NCBI RefSeq assembly: GCF_000738915.1
Contig: NW_026515640.1
Coordinates: forward strand, 1-64,000
DNA: 64,000 nt
Direction: 5' to 3'
From: Nematocida ausubeli
Taxonomy: Eukaryota
Every line of letters starts with the position of its first letter. The first letter of the stretch is position 1. The position numbers and the translations under genes are program-made. The notes beneath the pieces were generated by a model, which did no database searches, was not told the origin of the DNA, and was given only the letters and a program-made list of their open reading frames with translations. Below, piece after piece: positions 39,734 to 50,700 of the stretch.

Positions 39734-40089
39734 GCTACAGAAGGACTATCAAATTATTAATTCTGCAGAAAGATATCATCTAGTAGCTTATACCATACAT
39801 AATTAAATAGAATCCATTAGTACTTCTTCTATCTTAATTGAACCAATTATATGTATCTCTTACAGACTAATTTGTGAATAAATTCATTCATATATGCAAG
39901 GAATCTTCTGAAATCTCCCAAGAGACAAGAATTTAGTTATTAGTCAATCTTAAAGATTCAATAGATATATATTCATTTAAAACCCGATATAACCCGAATA
40001 GCAGTAGATTTTTGTCCAAACTGTCTAAACTATTTAATAAAAGGATAGAAATATTTTTGATGCTTTCATGAAGACAAGAAATATTTATG

Positions 40090-40555
40090 TATATAACCCG
40101 AATATATTTTTATATATTTATGGATATTTATGGATATATGACTGCCTGTGTCTCGTATATTCTTATCGTTTTTATGTATATTTGTACCATTTATATGACT
40201 ATATGGGTCTTGTCTATTCTTATCATTTCTAGGCCTGTATATTCATTGTATATATTTCTTACTGCTGTCTCTCTACTACTAGTAATAATTTTAGATAATT
40301 TTTGTTCTCAGCTTCTCTCTACTAGTATTAATAATTCTCTCTAGTAGTAATAATTTTAAATAATTGTTGCCAGTGGCTCTATATATAGTAGTAATTTTAA
40401 ATAAATTTTTATCTTTAGTTTTCTTAGTAGGCAACAATAATTATTTTTTGTCTCTCTCTACTACTACTAGTAATTCTACTAGAAGTAATGGTTTCTGCTG
40501 GATGTCTCTATATTACTAGTAATAATAATTTAAACGATTTCAGTTCGACAACAAT
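40090..40555 (+). repeat. Dispersed CTACTAG-minisatellite element, copy 2
   Basis: TAACCCGA at 40094, tctcgtatattcttatc at about 40151, about 6 tctctctactactagtaataattt units over 40266-40535, ending tcgacaaca at 40545. Confidence 0.75.
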
Positions 40556-40794
40556 ATTTATTGAACTTCTGTGTTTGCGCCATGAAAAATATTTGGTGTT
40601 GCCTTGAAGACCGGTCCTTTACTGTGATATAAACCATATTATATGCAGTAATACAGATAATAATTAGATCTCGCATGATTAGAATAGTCTAATATACTCT
40701 CTTTTTATTTGGAATGAGTGAATCTTCTCAATTATTTGATGCTAGTTATGGCCTGAACATGTATATGCTCTGGACCTTATGCATGTACAGGATC

Positions 40795-41442
40795 CTATAA
40801 GGACTCTATCTTCTGATTTATTGTTCTGATGTATTTTATGATGGTTTTTTCCGTTTTTTTATGGCCATGCACTCTGGCAAGATCCTGTGGTGTATGCCCT
40901 CTGCTGTCCCTTAGCCTGGGGTCTGCACCGCATGCAAGTAGGTACAGAATTATATTATTTCTGTTTCCACCCAGGGCTGCATAGTGAAGGGGTGTTGCAC
41001 TGTGATCAAGTGACCGAATATTTATAAAACTAGTGCTTGGCTTTGCATGGCCAAATACTACAGGAAGAATAATTGAGCTGGCAGTAGAGAAATTATCCAC
41101 ATCATTGCTTTCAAATGAAATATTGTCTGATGTGACAGCCTCAAAGAGAGTCATGTCTTTTTCTTCTACTTCACTCACAGCAGAAAGAAGAAATTCAACA
41201 ACCTCTCTTTGCCCGTAGTATGCAGCAGAATGTATCAGATGAACACCAAACTTATTCACTATTTTAAGGTCAAACACTTTACCCTGGCTTATTTCATATA
41301 TACACATGGCATTCCTAAGACTTTTTAGATCTCCATTGCACACAAACTCAAATAGCTTTAAAAAGTCCTTCTCTTCTCTTTTAATTTCATTCCCTTCTTC
41401 TTCGCTTCTTTCCCTCTTCAGTAGTGAAAGATTATTTGTCAT
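40795..41442 (-). CDS. Ankyrin-repeat protein
   Basis: LIHSAAYYGQREVVEFLL, ATPLHYAALGG...LLACGADP, GHTPQDLARVHGH. Confidence 0.9.
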   Translation of the reverse strand: MTNNLSLLKRERSEEEGNEIKREEKDFLKLFEFVCNGDLKSLRNAMCIYEISQGKVFDLKIVNKFGVHLIHSAAYYGQREVVEFLLSAVSEVEEKDMTLFEAVTSDNISFESNDVDNFSTASSIILPVVFGHAKPSTSFINIRSLDHSATPLHYAALGGNRNNIILYLLACGADPRLRDSRGHTPQDLARVHGHKKTEKTIIKYIRTINQKIESL

Positions 41443-41784
41443 GGCTGCGACTGAAAATATTTTAGATATAAAACAACAAAAATACCAGAGTATTAGGGTA
41501 ATTCACTCAGTAACTACCTTATAAATGCACTTTACAATGGATATAATGTATTTTATACTGTATCTGGGATATTTCTGAATTTGAATTATTTCTAGTACAC
41601 TCTGAGTAATAGTACTACAAGACAGAATATTCTTTAGAATAAATATACTTTAATCTTAAACACTCCAGTATATTTAGTCTATACTACTGTTATATCTGTA
41701 TATATTTACTTGTCTTTGGGTCTCTGTTCTCCCTAATATTCTGCTCTTATAAAGAATATTTGTGTGTTTGCCAATTATTTTTTC

Positions 41785-42093
41785 ATGAACACAGAGAGCA
41801 TTAAGAGACTAGCAGAAGAAGTCAAGAAGGCACAGGAACTTATCCAGGAGGCACGTAAGGAAAAAGACGTTATATGCCAGAAAACAGAAGAAAGAGCTAA
41901 AGAATATGAACAAGAACTTCTTAGAAAAAAAAAAGAAGACGTAGATGCATACTTCCGGAGTACAAATGAAGACCTTGCCCGGGTAGAAGAAGAAGTAATC
42001 CGTGAAGTAAAAGAGACAATTGCAGATATCCGATCAAAAGAAAAACTGTGCGAGCAAATTGCAGATGAAATAGTTAAATCAGTTGTCAATTAA
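41785..42093 (+). CDS. VMA10: V-type ATPase subunit G-like coiled-coil protein
   Basis: 102 aa; SIKRLAEEVKKAQELIQEARKEK matches the subunit G N-terminal pattern (IqqLLxAEkxAxeiVxxAR). ATG at 41785. Confidence 0.65.
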   Translation: MNTESIKRLAEEVKKAQELIQEARKEKDVICQKTEERAKEYEQELLRKKKEDVDAYFRSTNEDLARVEEEVIREVKETIADIRSKEKLCEQIADEIVKSVVN

Positions 42094-42216
42094 ATATTGC
42101 ACAGTCACAGTGCACCAAGGATCTTATATAATTAAAGCAGACAATGCAGAGTGCGCTTAGTCTAATGAATGCCTGTAGAATAGGCAACTAAATAAATGAC
42201 TAACCTTGGTATACGC

Positions 42217-42266
42217 ATATTTATATTCCCAGAGTATTTCTTATATTTATATTCCCAGAGTATTTC
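42217..42266 (+). repeat. 24-bp perfect direct repeat
   Basis: atatttatattcccagagtatttc at 42217-42240 and 42243-42266. Confidence 0.85.
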
Positions 42267-42639
42267 AAGCCTACAACAGAGAGATTCGGGTTATATCGGG
42301 GTATATCAAGATATAGTCCGATATAAACCCGAATCAATGCACTACCACTTATAACTCACTCTATATAAATACTCACTGCATATAAATATTCCCTTAAATA
42401 CTCAGAAATCAGAAGAATCAAAGAGGCTTAAAGGAATCTTGAAGGAAGACTAAAGACGCTTAAAATAATTCTTCTTCAGAAATATAACTATTCCCGTATA
42501 CATCACAGTATATCTTCATATGGAAGTATTTTTCATCATTCCCTTGGTCATTCTCTTATTGTGATATTTCACTCTCTTTGTACTGGATATTTCTCTCTGG
42601 GTGAATTTATGCTGCTGTGTTGTGCATTTTTTTATTTGA

Positions 42640-43167
42640 ATGAAGTCTATTAACATCGATCGTAACTCAGAAGATGTATTTTATCGGTACAAAATGCCAG
42701 AGATTGAAGTGAAGATAGAAGGCAGAGGGAATGGAATTAAAACAGTCTTGGTCAATATAGAAGACATAGCAAAAAGTCTTGACAGAGACCCAAAATATAT
42801 TACGAAATATTTATCGTATGACTTAGGGACTCTGTCAAGTGTGGATGAAACAAACTCAAAGTATATTATAAATGGATCACACACCTCAGAGAAAGTGCAA
42901 TCTTGCATATTTAAATTTATAGAAGAATTCATTCTCTGCAAATCTTGTGAAAGAAATCCAGAGACAGTCCTGTTCACAGACGCAAACAGAAAGCACATTC
43001 AGCAAAGGTGCAAGGCATGTGGGAAAATAAACACAATAAAGACGCAGAATAAACTGGGGAAAATACTCCTTAAAGAACTCCCAGATAAAGCAGAGTCTGA
43101 CCGCCTGGAACCACAGGATTTTGAAGACATCGATGACTTTGAGGTAGATTATGCATTCGGGAAATAA
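42640..43167 (+). CDS. TIF5: Translation initiation factor eIF5 (N-terminal GAP domain only)
   Basis: DVFYRYKMP, KIEGRGNGIKTV, zinc ribbon CKSC...NPET...CKACG. Confidence 0.9.
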   Translation: MKSINIDRNSEDVFYRYKMPEIEVKIEGRGNGIKTVLVNIEDIAKSLDRDPKYITKYLSYDLGTLSSVDETNSKYIINGSHTSEKVQSCIFKFIEEFILCKSCERNPETVLFTDANRKHIQQRCKACGKINTIKTQNKLGKILLKELPDKAESDRLEPQDFEDIDDFEVDYAFGK

Positions 43168-43210
43168 ATTGAATTAATTTGGGTTTATTTTAGGCTGTAC
43201 TGTGTTGTAA

Positions 43211-44797
43211 TTAGCACTTCTTTCTGACAGAAGAAGATGCTTGTCCATTGCCATCTTCAATTACAAAGCCACGTGTCTCCATTTCCTTTCGTATTTCATC
43301 ACATGCCTCAAAGTAAGACTTCTTGTCGGCTGATGACTTTGCTAGGTCTCTGATTCTGTTCCTAAACATGCTTATTATTTCAACCATTTCAGTTGATGCA
43401 GAGGCACCTGCCTCTACTTCTATTTCCAGGCCTATACTGTGCATAAGACCCTTTAGGTACCCGGCTATCTGCTGATGAATCTCTCTAAGAGAAGTCTTTG
43501 ACTCGATACTTGCCAGGTCCACTGCCAGTTTTAGTGCCTTTGGGAAATTAAAGTCATCCTTTATGGCCTGGTCAATCTCCCGTGCTGTTCTTTCAAATTC
43601 CTGCAAGATTTCTCTCTCTGCGTCTGTAAATGGGTGCACTGCATTGACTGACTTGGCTGGTGTATCCGTATAGAGTGAGATATACCTAAATATCTTTTTA
43701 TCAATTACCTTTGCTCTCTCTAGGCTTTCTTCACTGTAAGTCATTGGGCCACTGTATCTCTGAAGTATGAACATCAGGCGCAGTTCTCTAGTAGTTCCCT
43801 TCTTTAGAAGTTCTTCCACTTTAATGAAATTCTTCAAACTCTTACTCATTTTCATGCCTTCAATGTGCAGGTGTCCTGTGTGCAAGAAATGACCGACCCA
43901 GTTATTTAATCCATGGCCTTCTGACTGCGCAATTTCATTGTCATGGTGCGGGAACATAAGATCAATTCCACCGGAGTGCATGTCTATCCTGCCACCTGCA
44001 ATATTTGATGCCATTGCACTGCATTCTATGTGCCACCCAGGCCTGCCTGGTCCCCACTTTGATGTCCAGGCTGGTTCTCCTTCCTTGCTTGCCTTCCATA
44101 AGACAAAGTCTTCCCTTCTGTTCTTTTGTCCTGCAGTTAATTTCCCTTCTCCTTCTTCCAGGAGACTCTGCTGGTCTTCCTGTGTGGTTGCATTGCACAT
44201 TAATGGATACTTATGTGTCTCCTTATACTTTTCCACATTGAAATAAACAGATCCTTCACTCTCATATGCATATCCCTTCTCTTCAATTCCTACAATAAAG
44301 TTGATTATTTCATCGACGTAGTCACTCACTCTTGTTGTGTAATTTGGAAGATCAACACCTAAGGCTGCCATATCATCAAAGAATTCCTGTTCATATTTCC
44401 TGCTTACTGCCCTAGTTGCTATATGTATTCTTTTTTGTTCTTCTGTCTCTTCTGCTATATTATTAATTGAGAGCTTTTTAAACTCTTCATGAATATTTTC
44501 TGGAAGACTTTCCATTGTCTCCTTTGCTTTTAGTATGATCTTGTCATCAATGTCTGTTATGTTCATTATGTAGGTTATCGTGTACCCAAAGTATCTCTCA
44601 AGAGTCTTTCTAATTATGTCTAGTGTGATGTAACTTCGTGCATGTCCTATGTGGGCAGAGTCATACACAGTGGGCCCGCATGTGTACCACTTAAAGAAGT
44701 ATCCCTCCATCTTTAACTCGTCCTTTTTCTTTGTGATTGTATTATATATTTTTAGTTTACTTTCACTCCTCAAGCCTCCTACTGACCTGTCAGACAT
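43211..44797 (-). CDS. CYS-RS: Cysteinyl-tRNA synthetase
   Basis: CGPTVYDSAHIGHAR, DFVLWK, GRPGWHIECSAM, FPHHDNE, KMSKS. Confidence 0.98.
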   Translation of the reverse strand: MSDRSVGGLRSESKLKIYNTITKKKDELKMEGYFFKWYTCGPTVYDSAHIGHARSYITLDIIRKTLERYFGYTITYIMNITDIDDKIILKAKETMESLPENIHEEFKKLSINNIAEETEEQKRIHIATRAVSRKYEQEFFDDMAALGVDLPNYTTRVSDYVDEIINFIVGIEEKGYAYESEGSVYFNVEKYKETHKYPLMCNATTQEDQQSLLEEGEGKLTAGQKNRREDFVLWKASKEGEPAWTSKWGPGRPGWHIECSAMASNIAGGRIDMHSGGIDLMFPHHDNEIAQSEGHGLNNWVGHFLHTGHLHIEGMKMSKSLKNFIKVEELLKKGTTRELRLMFILQRYSGPMTYSEESLERAKVIDKKIFRYISLYTDTPAKSVNAVHPFTDAEREILQEFERTAREIDQAIKDDFNFPKALKLAVDLASIESKTSLREIHQQIAGYLKGLMHSIGLEIEVEAGASASTEMVEIISMFRNRIRDLAKSSADKKSYFEACDEIRKEMETRGFVIEDGNGQASSSVRKKC

Positions 44798-45441
44798 TCT
44801 ACGCCTAAATAAAATATTTTAAATATATGCAACAATCTAGTATATTAGACTGCTTAGTACACTTATATCTGTAGTAGTACATTTATTTATTTTTAAGTTC
44901 ATTCATTTATTTTCTTGAAAATTCCACTGTGCAGCAGGAAATTAAACAGAAATAATTTGTGTCTGCATGAGAATATCCATATTCCAGGTGCCAGTATATT
45001 CAACCACATAGATATAAGGATCTCTACTTTATAATTATTTCTATGCCTTTGACTGAAATTAAACCAAGAAATATTCTGCTAACTAAATCATACTAGCTAG
45101 TACTCTCTCTACTGTACACAAAATAATTCACTGCAGTGAAATATGAATATTTTAGTGCTTTAGATACAGAGATACAACAGAACCCAATATACTCTAAGTT
45201 AAAAAGCATTCAATTTATTATATTCCAATCTAAGAAAACCAAGAATCTATAGTTCCTATGGTATAAAGAACATTTTAAACTCATGTCTTTAAATTGCCAT
45301 TATTCAATTCAGGATATACTTGAATTTTTAACCAGTAGGCATTACTGCATCTACCATTAAGCCAGATGCCTTTGTCAGATGTGTTAGTAACCATCTTAAC
45401 CACTTCGACCAGGTTGACCAGATGCACTACCTTTGCCTCCG

Positions 45442-46218
45442 TTACCACCATGACCACCACGACGAGGGTTGACCATTATAACTCCAACTATAACCCCAAC
45501 TATTGCCACTTTTACCAGATGCACCACCGCTGCCTCCGTTACTACCATGACCACCATGACCACCGCTGCCTCCGTTACCACCATGACCAGGTCGACCTGG
45601 TTCACCATCTTGACCACCGCTGCCTCCGTTACCACCTTCGCCTCCTCGACCAGGTTGACCAGGTTGACCACCACTGCCTCCGTTACCACCATGACCACCA
45701 TGACCAGATGCACCACCGCTGCCTCCGTTACCACCTTGACCAGGCTGACCAGGCTGACCAGGTTGACCACCGCTGCCTCCGCTGCCTCCGCTGCCTCCGT
45801 TACCTCCTCGACCAGGCTGACCAGGTCGACCATTATAACTGTAACTATAACCCCAATTATTGCCATCTTTACCAGAAGTGCTAAAAGTGCTAACCCCTAT
45901 TACATTGCCATCACGATCATAAATACGATTCACATTTGTACTCGCGTCACTATCGAAGTAGCTGCCACCGCCACTTCGACCAGGTTTACCATCTTGACCT
46001 CCTTGACTATCTATCTGAAATTTGTATCTAACTTCTGGATTGGGTTCTTGTTTTTCTGAATATTTTATGTTCGCCTGCCTACTACGATATTGTTTTTCAT
46101 AGTGGTTATTGCTATATGAATTAAATATTTCTGGGTTCAGTGCTAAGTATCCTACTACTAAACCACCTACAACTAATAATCCAATAAATACTATTGTGGT
46201 TGCTCTTACGCCTGCCAT
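45442..46218 (-). CDS. Membrane-anchored or secreted glycine-rich Gly-X-Y repeat protein
   Basis: N-terminal hydrophobic anchor ([19 protein letters not shown]); 32 consecutive G-X-Y triplets from 9-nt DNA units, flanked by the duplicated block WGYS(Y/W)SYNG. Confidence 0.8.
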   Translation of the reverse strand: MAGVRATTIVFIGLLVVGGLVVGYLALNPEIFNSYSNNHYEKQYRSRQANIKYSEKQEPNPEVRYKFQIDSQGGQDGKPGRSGGGSYFDSDASTNVNRIYDRDGNVIGVSTFSTSGKDGNNWGYSYSYNGRPGQPGRGGNGGSGGSGGSGGQPGQPGQPGQGGNGGSGGASGHGGHGGNGGSGGQPGQPGRGGEGGNGGSGGQDGEPGRPGHGGNGGSGGHGGHGSNGGSGGASGKSGNSWGYSWSYNGQPSSWWSWW

Positions 46219-46247
46219 TTTATACTTTTTTTCAAAATATTCTTGTC

Positions 46248-46255
46248 TTTATATA
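46248..46255 (-). promoter_or_regulatory. TATA box (TATATAAA) about 30 bp upstream of the Gly-rich gene ATG
   Basis: Exact consensus match at a plausible distance. Confidence 0.45.
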
Positions 46256-47771
46256 GTAGAAAAAAATGATATTATTTTTTATTTGTTTTGAAAATAAATT
46301 AAATTATTTTTCATTAATCACAGTTGAAATAATACATTCTAATAATACATTCTATTAAGTGCAGGGGTAAATTTAATTTCTTTGTAAAAAATATATTTAT
46401 ACGGGGTGGGATTATGCCTTTACTTTTGCTATTACAATTAGACTATGTGTTTTTGTTATGCTTAAATAAACAGATTGTAATCTGTTTGTGCTTGTGAATT
46501 ACAAACAAACTAACAATTTTAATCTTTGTTGTTTTTGTTTTGGATAATTTTGAATGGATTTCTGTGGAAATATGCAGACAACAAAAACACCATGAATATA
46601 AATTGCATTGAGAACAAGGCAATCAAGCAGATTAAATGAATACTAAACCAAGTTTAACTTGTTTATTTTCTTTGTCACAAGAACCAAATATCTCCTTCTA
46701 TAAGTCAGAAATATTTTATAGAGGAGTCTGTCTTCTTATGCTAAATTAAAATTAATTAATTATTAAAATACTTCCCCTTTCGGGTATATTCCGTTTTTTA
46801 ATTAACTCATATTTCCACTGTAGTCTATAAATAGACAGCAAGAAATAAAGGATGCTGTCAAATGGAAGAAGCCAAGTGCAATGTCTCAGAGGAAGAAAGT
46901 GTCTCTGAGAAGAATAAATTATGCTGAAATAAATTCAACTATTTGTATATCTTGCAGACTTTCTTTGTTTAAACTCATTGTGTTCTTTAATAGCTGCAGT
47001 GCATACTTCATTTAAACCCATGAATACTCAATTTATTCTGGGATTTACTGCCCTACCACGTACTGACTCTTAAGCACTACAATGGGCTAGTACTCACCAT
47101 AGACAAGAAAAAGTAACAAAACAAAATAATAGTGAAAAATACAACAAGAAATAGACTTACAATAAATACATACTAATAGGATAATTCCAGGCAAATATCT
47201 CTTATTAATTACTACTTGTCTACTAGTAATGCACTGTCTACAGCGTATAAGATGACATTTTTACTATAGACTAATTTCTGGTTATTTTTACCCTGGTATA
47301 ACCCGAATTGACTAAGATTCTGTCAGAGAACACCTAAAAAACTCTACTAAAACCAGAGAGCAGAAAAACAAGATAGATGTTCTCCATTACGAGGGCCTTC
47401 TGGTTATATTATATTCTACTGAATTTGCGTATTTTTGGTTAATTATTTCTAGTCTCTCTAGTAGTAGTAATTTTAAATATTTTTCCTTTAATTTTCTTGT
47501 TGAAAATAGTTCTCTTGCAGGAATATTAATTTAAATTCTCTGCAGGAAGCTTTAAGAATACTTTTTTCAAGTGAAGACATAAATAATTTGTAGAGGATAT
47601 TTCTGCGTTCATGGTTTAAATGTGTACGTCTGGGGGTATATTCTTAGGGGCACTGAATATGCAGATAGAATGACAAATTAGTCGAAAGAGGCTTACTCAG
47701 AAATAACCACAAAAGACTATAGAATAAATAACACTGTTTATTGGAAAATATACACTTCTCTTCTGCTGCTC

Positions 47772-50700
47772 TTAAAATGCTATGTTGTTTGTCATGTGCT
47801 GGTACTGGTCGTATATCCATGTTCTTAGCTTTTTCGTTGAGGATGCAATGAGCTTATAGACAAATCCAGGAACTTCAACATCTGACAGGTCCAGCCTAAA
47901 CCGAGATATTAGGTTCTTCATTGTGGCAGAGGTGTAGCAGGGTATGCCACTGTGTCTCCCAAGGTCTATCATAAGCACAATTTCCCGGGCACGCTTTCGC
48001 AGCAAATAGAATCCCTTTACCATCAGCTCTCTGTACAGAATAAAGGCCTCTCCTTCTGCACCTCCCAGCAAAGAGAATATTTCATCCGTTATTTTAATTG
48101 GGCTCTCAATGTTAATATTCCCAGGGGAAATATCCAGCATAAACCCAAAGTCAATGTGGATTAAGTGCCCGTCATCTGTTAGCATGATATTTCCGTTGTG
48201 CCTGTCCTTGATATTCAGAATGTACGTTACAAGGGAGTACCCTGCAAAGCTTTCCACAAAGTTCTTCAGTGCCTGTATGTACCGGTGTCCCTCTCTGTAC
48301 CCATACTTAAGGGAAAAGTAGTCCACAAGATTATTCACTCTCTCTCTGCCAAGTTGGTCCCTGGAGATGGACTGCGGAATTACTTCAATAATACCAGAGC
48401 CATATCCAGTGGCCATGACCATATACGGGTACAGATACACTGAGAGACCTTTCTCCTTGAAGATATTCTGGAAGAGTTTTATGATTTGCAGTGCAAGGAC
48501 GTCCTGCCTGCAGTCATCCCCAAACTTGAATATGACCTGCCTGTCAGCCTCTCCACCCTCTGGGTTCTTTGTGTCTTCCACTTTGAAAGTGACCATGTAC
48601 GGCACCTTCTCTGCGCTTTGGAGTGCACGCCCGGATCCTTCAATAACTCGGACAACTGGCTCTCCAGTAGTCGGGAGGTAGCATCCTTCTGGAATTACTA
48701 CCCCAGATATCTCTGTGTTTATCATTCTCTTCTTTGTATCTCGGTCTACTGCAACGTGTTTTTGAAGGTTTTGAGAGATCTTTGCGAAATTGTTCAAGAA
48801 CACGTCCATTCTTGCATACTGGTCCCTGTCTTCCTGTGAGAGGTTACTGAGGATCGCATCCTTGTAGATATTTAAGGTAGAGAGGCCTTGTGCATTAAGT
48901 TCCCAAATCAGGGCGTGTGCTGTCTTGCTTGCAGCTGCCTTCCCTAGGACTGTCTTAATCAGGGCCTCCTTAATCTCATTGCCATTTGTCGTGTACTCCT
49001 TCCTAAGAAGATGCACTATCTGCGGGGCATAGAAAATAAGAGAGTCTCCCTTTGCAGCCTCGCCCTCAAGGTAGCTAAGAGCCTTGAAAATATCCTGCTC
49101 CTCTTCTGAGTTGGCTATCACAGAGAGTGCTTCTACTGTGCTCAGTCTGTTTATGTCTATGAAGAAGCCAGCGCAGTTTAAGATCTGCTTTTTTATGAGA
49201 ACCTCCAAGACCTTTTTATCCCCGTGCTCTGTGCTTAAGAATATCAGCTCATCAATGCTCAAATCGTACAGTTCTTGCTCCTTTAGGGTTTTCACCTTCA
49301 GGAACTTTTTTGTCTTCGTAAGGGCAGAGAGGAAGTTGTAGGTGTGTGCGAGTGGATACTCGTAGAAAGTGCCTTTAGCTGCTTGGTAGAGGGAGTAGTA
49401 GACGGAAAGATCTTCCTTCATGTTGTAGCCTGTGAGTACTGCCCTTTTAAGAAGCTTTTTCTTCTCTTCTCGGGTGGATACTTTCAGGAGAACCAGCAAG
49501 GTCTCCAAAGAGTACTCTTCATCGAGTATCCACCTTAGGTAGTTACGAGTATTCTCGATGATACCTGGTGTGTCCCCTCTGATTGTGATGAGATCTGTGA
49601 TCCACTCTGTGTTTATGGCGTACAGCAGGTGTGCGTATTCTTCTTCAGACAGGGGAATCTTGTGACTGTGCGCATCGACAGCAGCTCCACCTGAGATATT
49701 CCCGGGGGCACCTGGCTTATGTGGCTTCTTTGTGCATACGGAATATAGCCACTCCCAGATCTCAACGCCTTGCATGGGTGTAGATGGGAATGCCTTGATT
49801 ATTTTCATGATGAGGTTCGATCTGTTAAGCAGCTCCTTTATGCCTCTTTCATCTCGCATGACAGGCAGTGCATGGAATAGGCCAAAATCTACTATGTTCA
49901 GTACGATGTAGTTGTATGCTTCAATGACTTCTTCTTTAATACGTGCCAGAATACTCTCGTAGAGTTTTGTGTATTTATGGAAGGTTTCCTTGAGGTTGTA
50001 CATTGAAAGTTCGTTTATCCGGAAGGTGTCAAAGCACTCTTTGAATCTGATGTGAATTTCATCTGAGAGAATCAGAGATGGTTCCTTCTGGACAAGGATG
50101 GAAAGCACCTCCACAATGATTTTCAATGAAAGCGGGTACGCTGTAGGGACAGCTGCTCTTTTTAGAAGCTCGCAGGCGTATGTCTTGTAGAAGTCAATTG
50201 ACTCAACAGATGCATCTGCATGCACCATCGAAATAATTTGCAGGAGATGCTTTCCCATGTACTTCAGTGTGACTTCATCTTCCAGGTAGCTTATAATTCC
50301 GTTATAATTATAATTTTCAATCTTTGCTTTTTCAACGGAATATACCAGGATAAGAAACAGGATGTAGTCTTCGTTCAGCTTGTGGCTTATTTTCACGGTT
50401 GCTGCCATCTTCTTCAGTTGCTTGCTCTTTATCATTGGCTTTGGGTCACTGAAAATATATCCAGCCACTCCTACCAGAGCGGGTGTTTTCATTTGCAGCA
50501 GCAGAAGTTCCGTGTTAATGCCCCTGGGGAACATCTCTGCATTTGCGTATATTCTCTTGTATATGAGGAATAGTTTGTGCAAGATAAACGGTGAAGTAGG
50601 AATGAATGGCACCATATTCAAGATGTATATGTACGTGAGCTCAGCAGAGAGGCAGACAAAGTTAATAAAGTCACCTACTGCTTGTGTGCCTTTTTCCAGG

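Noticed and set aside
45366..46059. Long His/Thr/Val-rich ORFs in other frames over the Gly-rich gene
   Set aside because: Stop-free by-products of the 9-nt repeat; only the Gly frame has an anchor, start context and TATA box.
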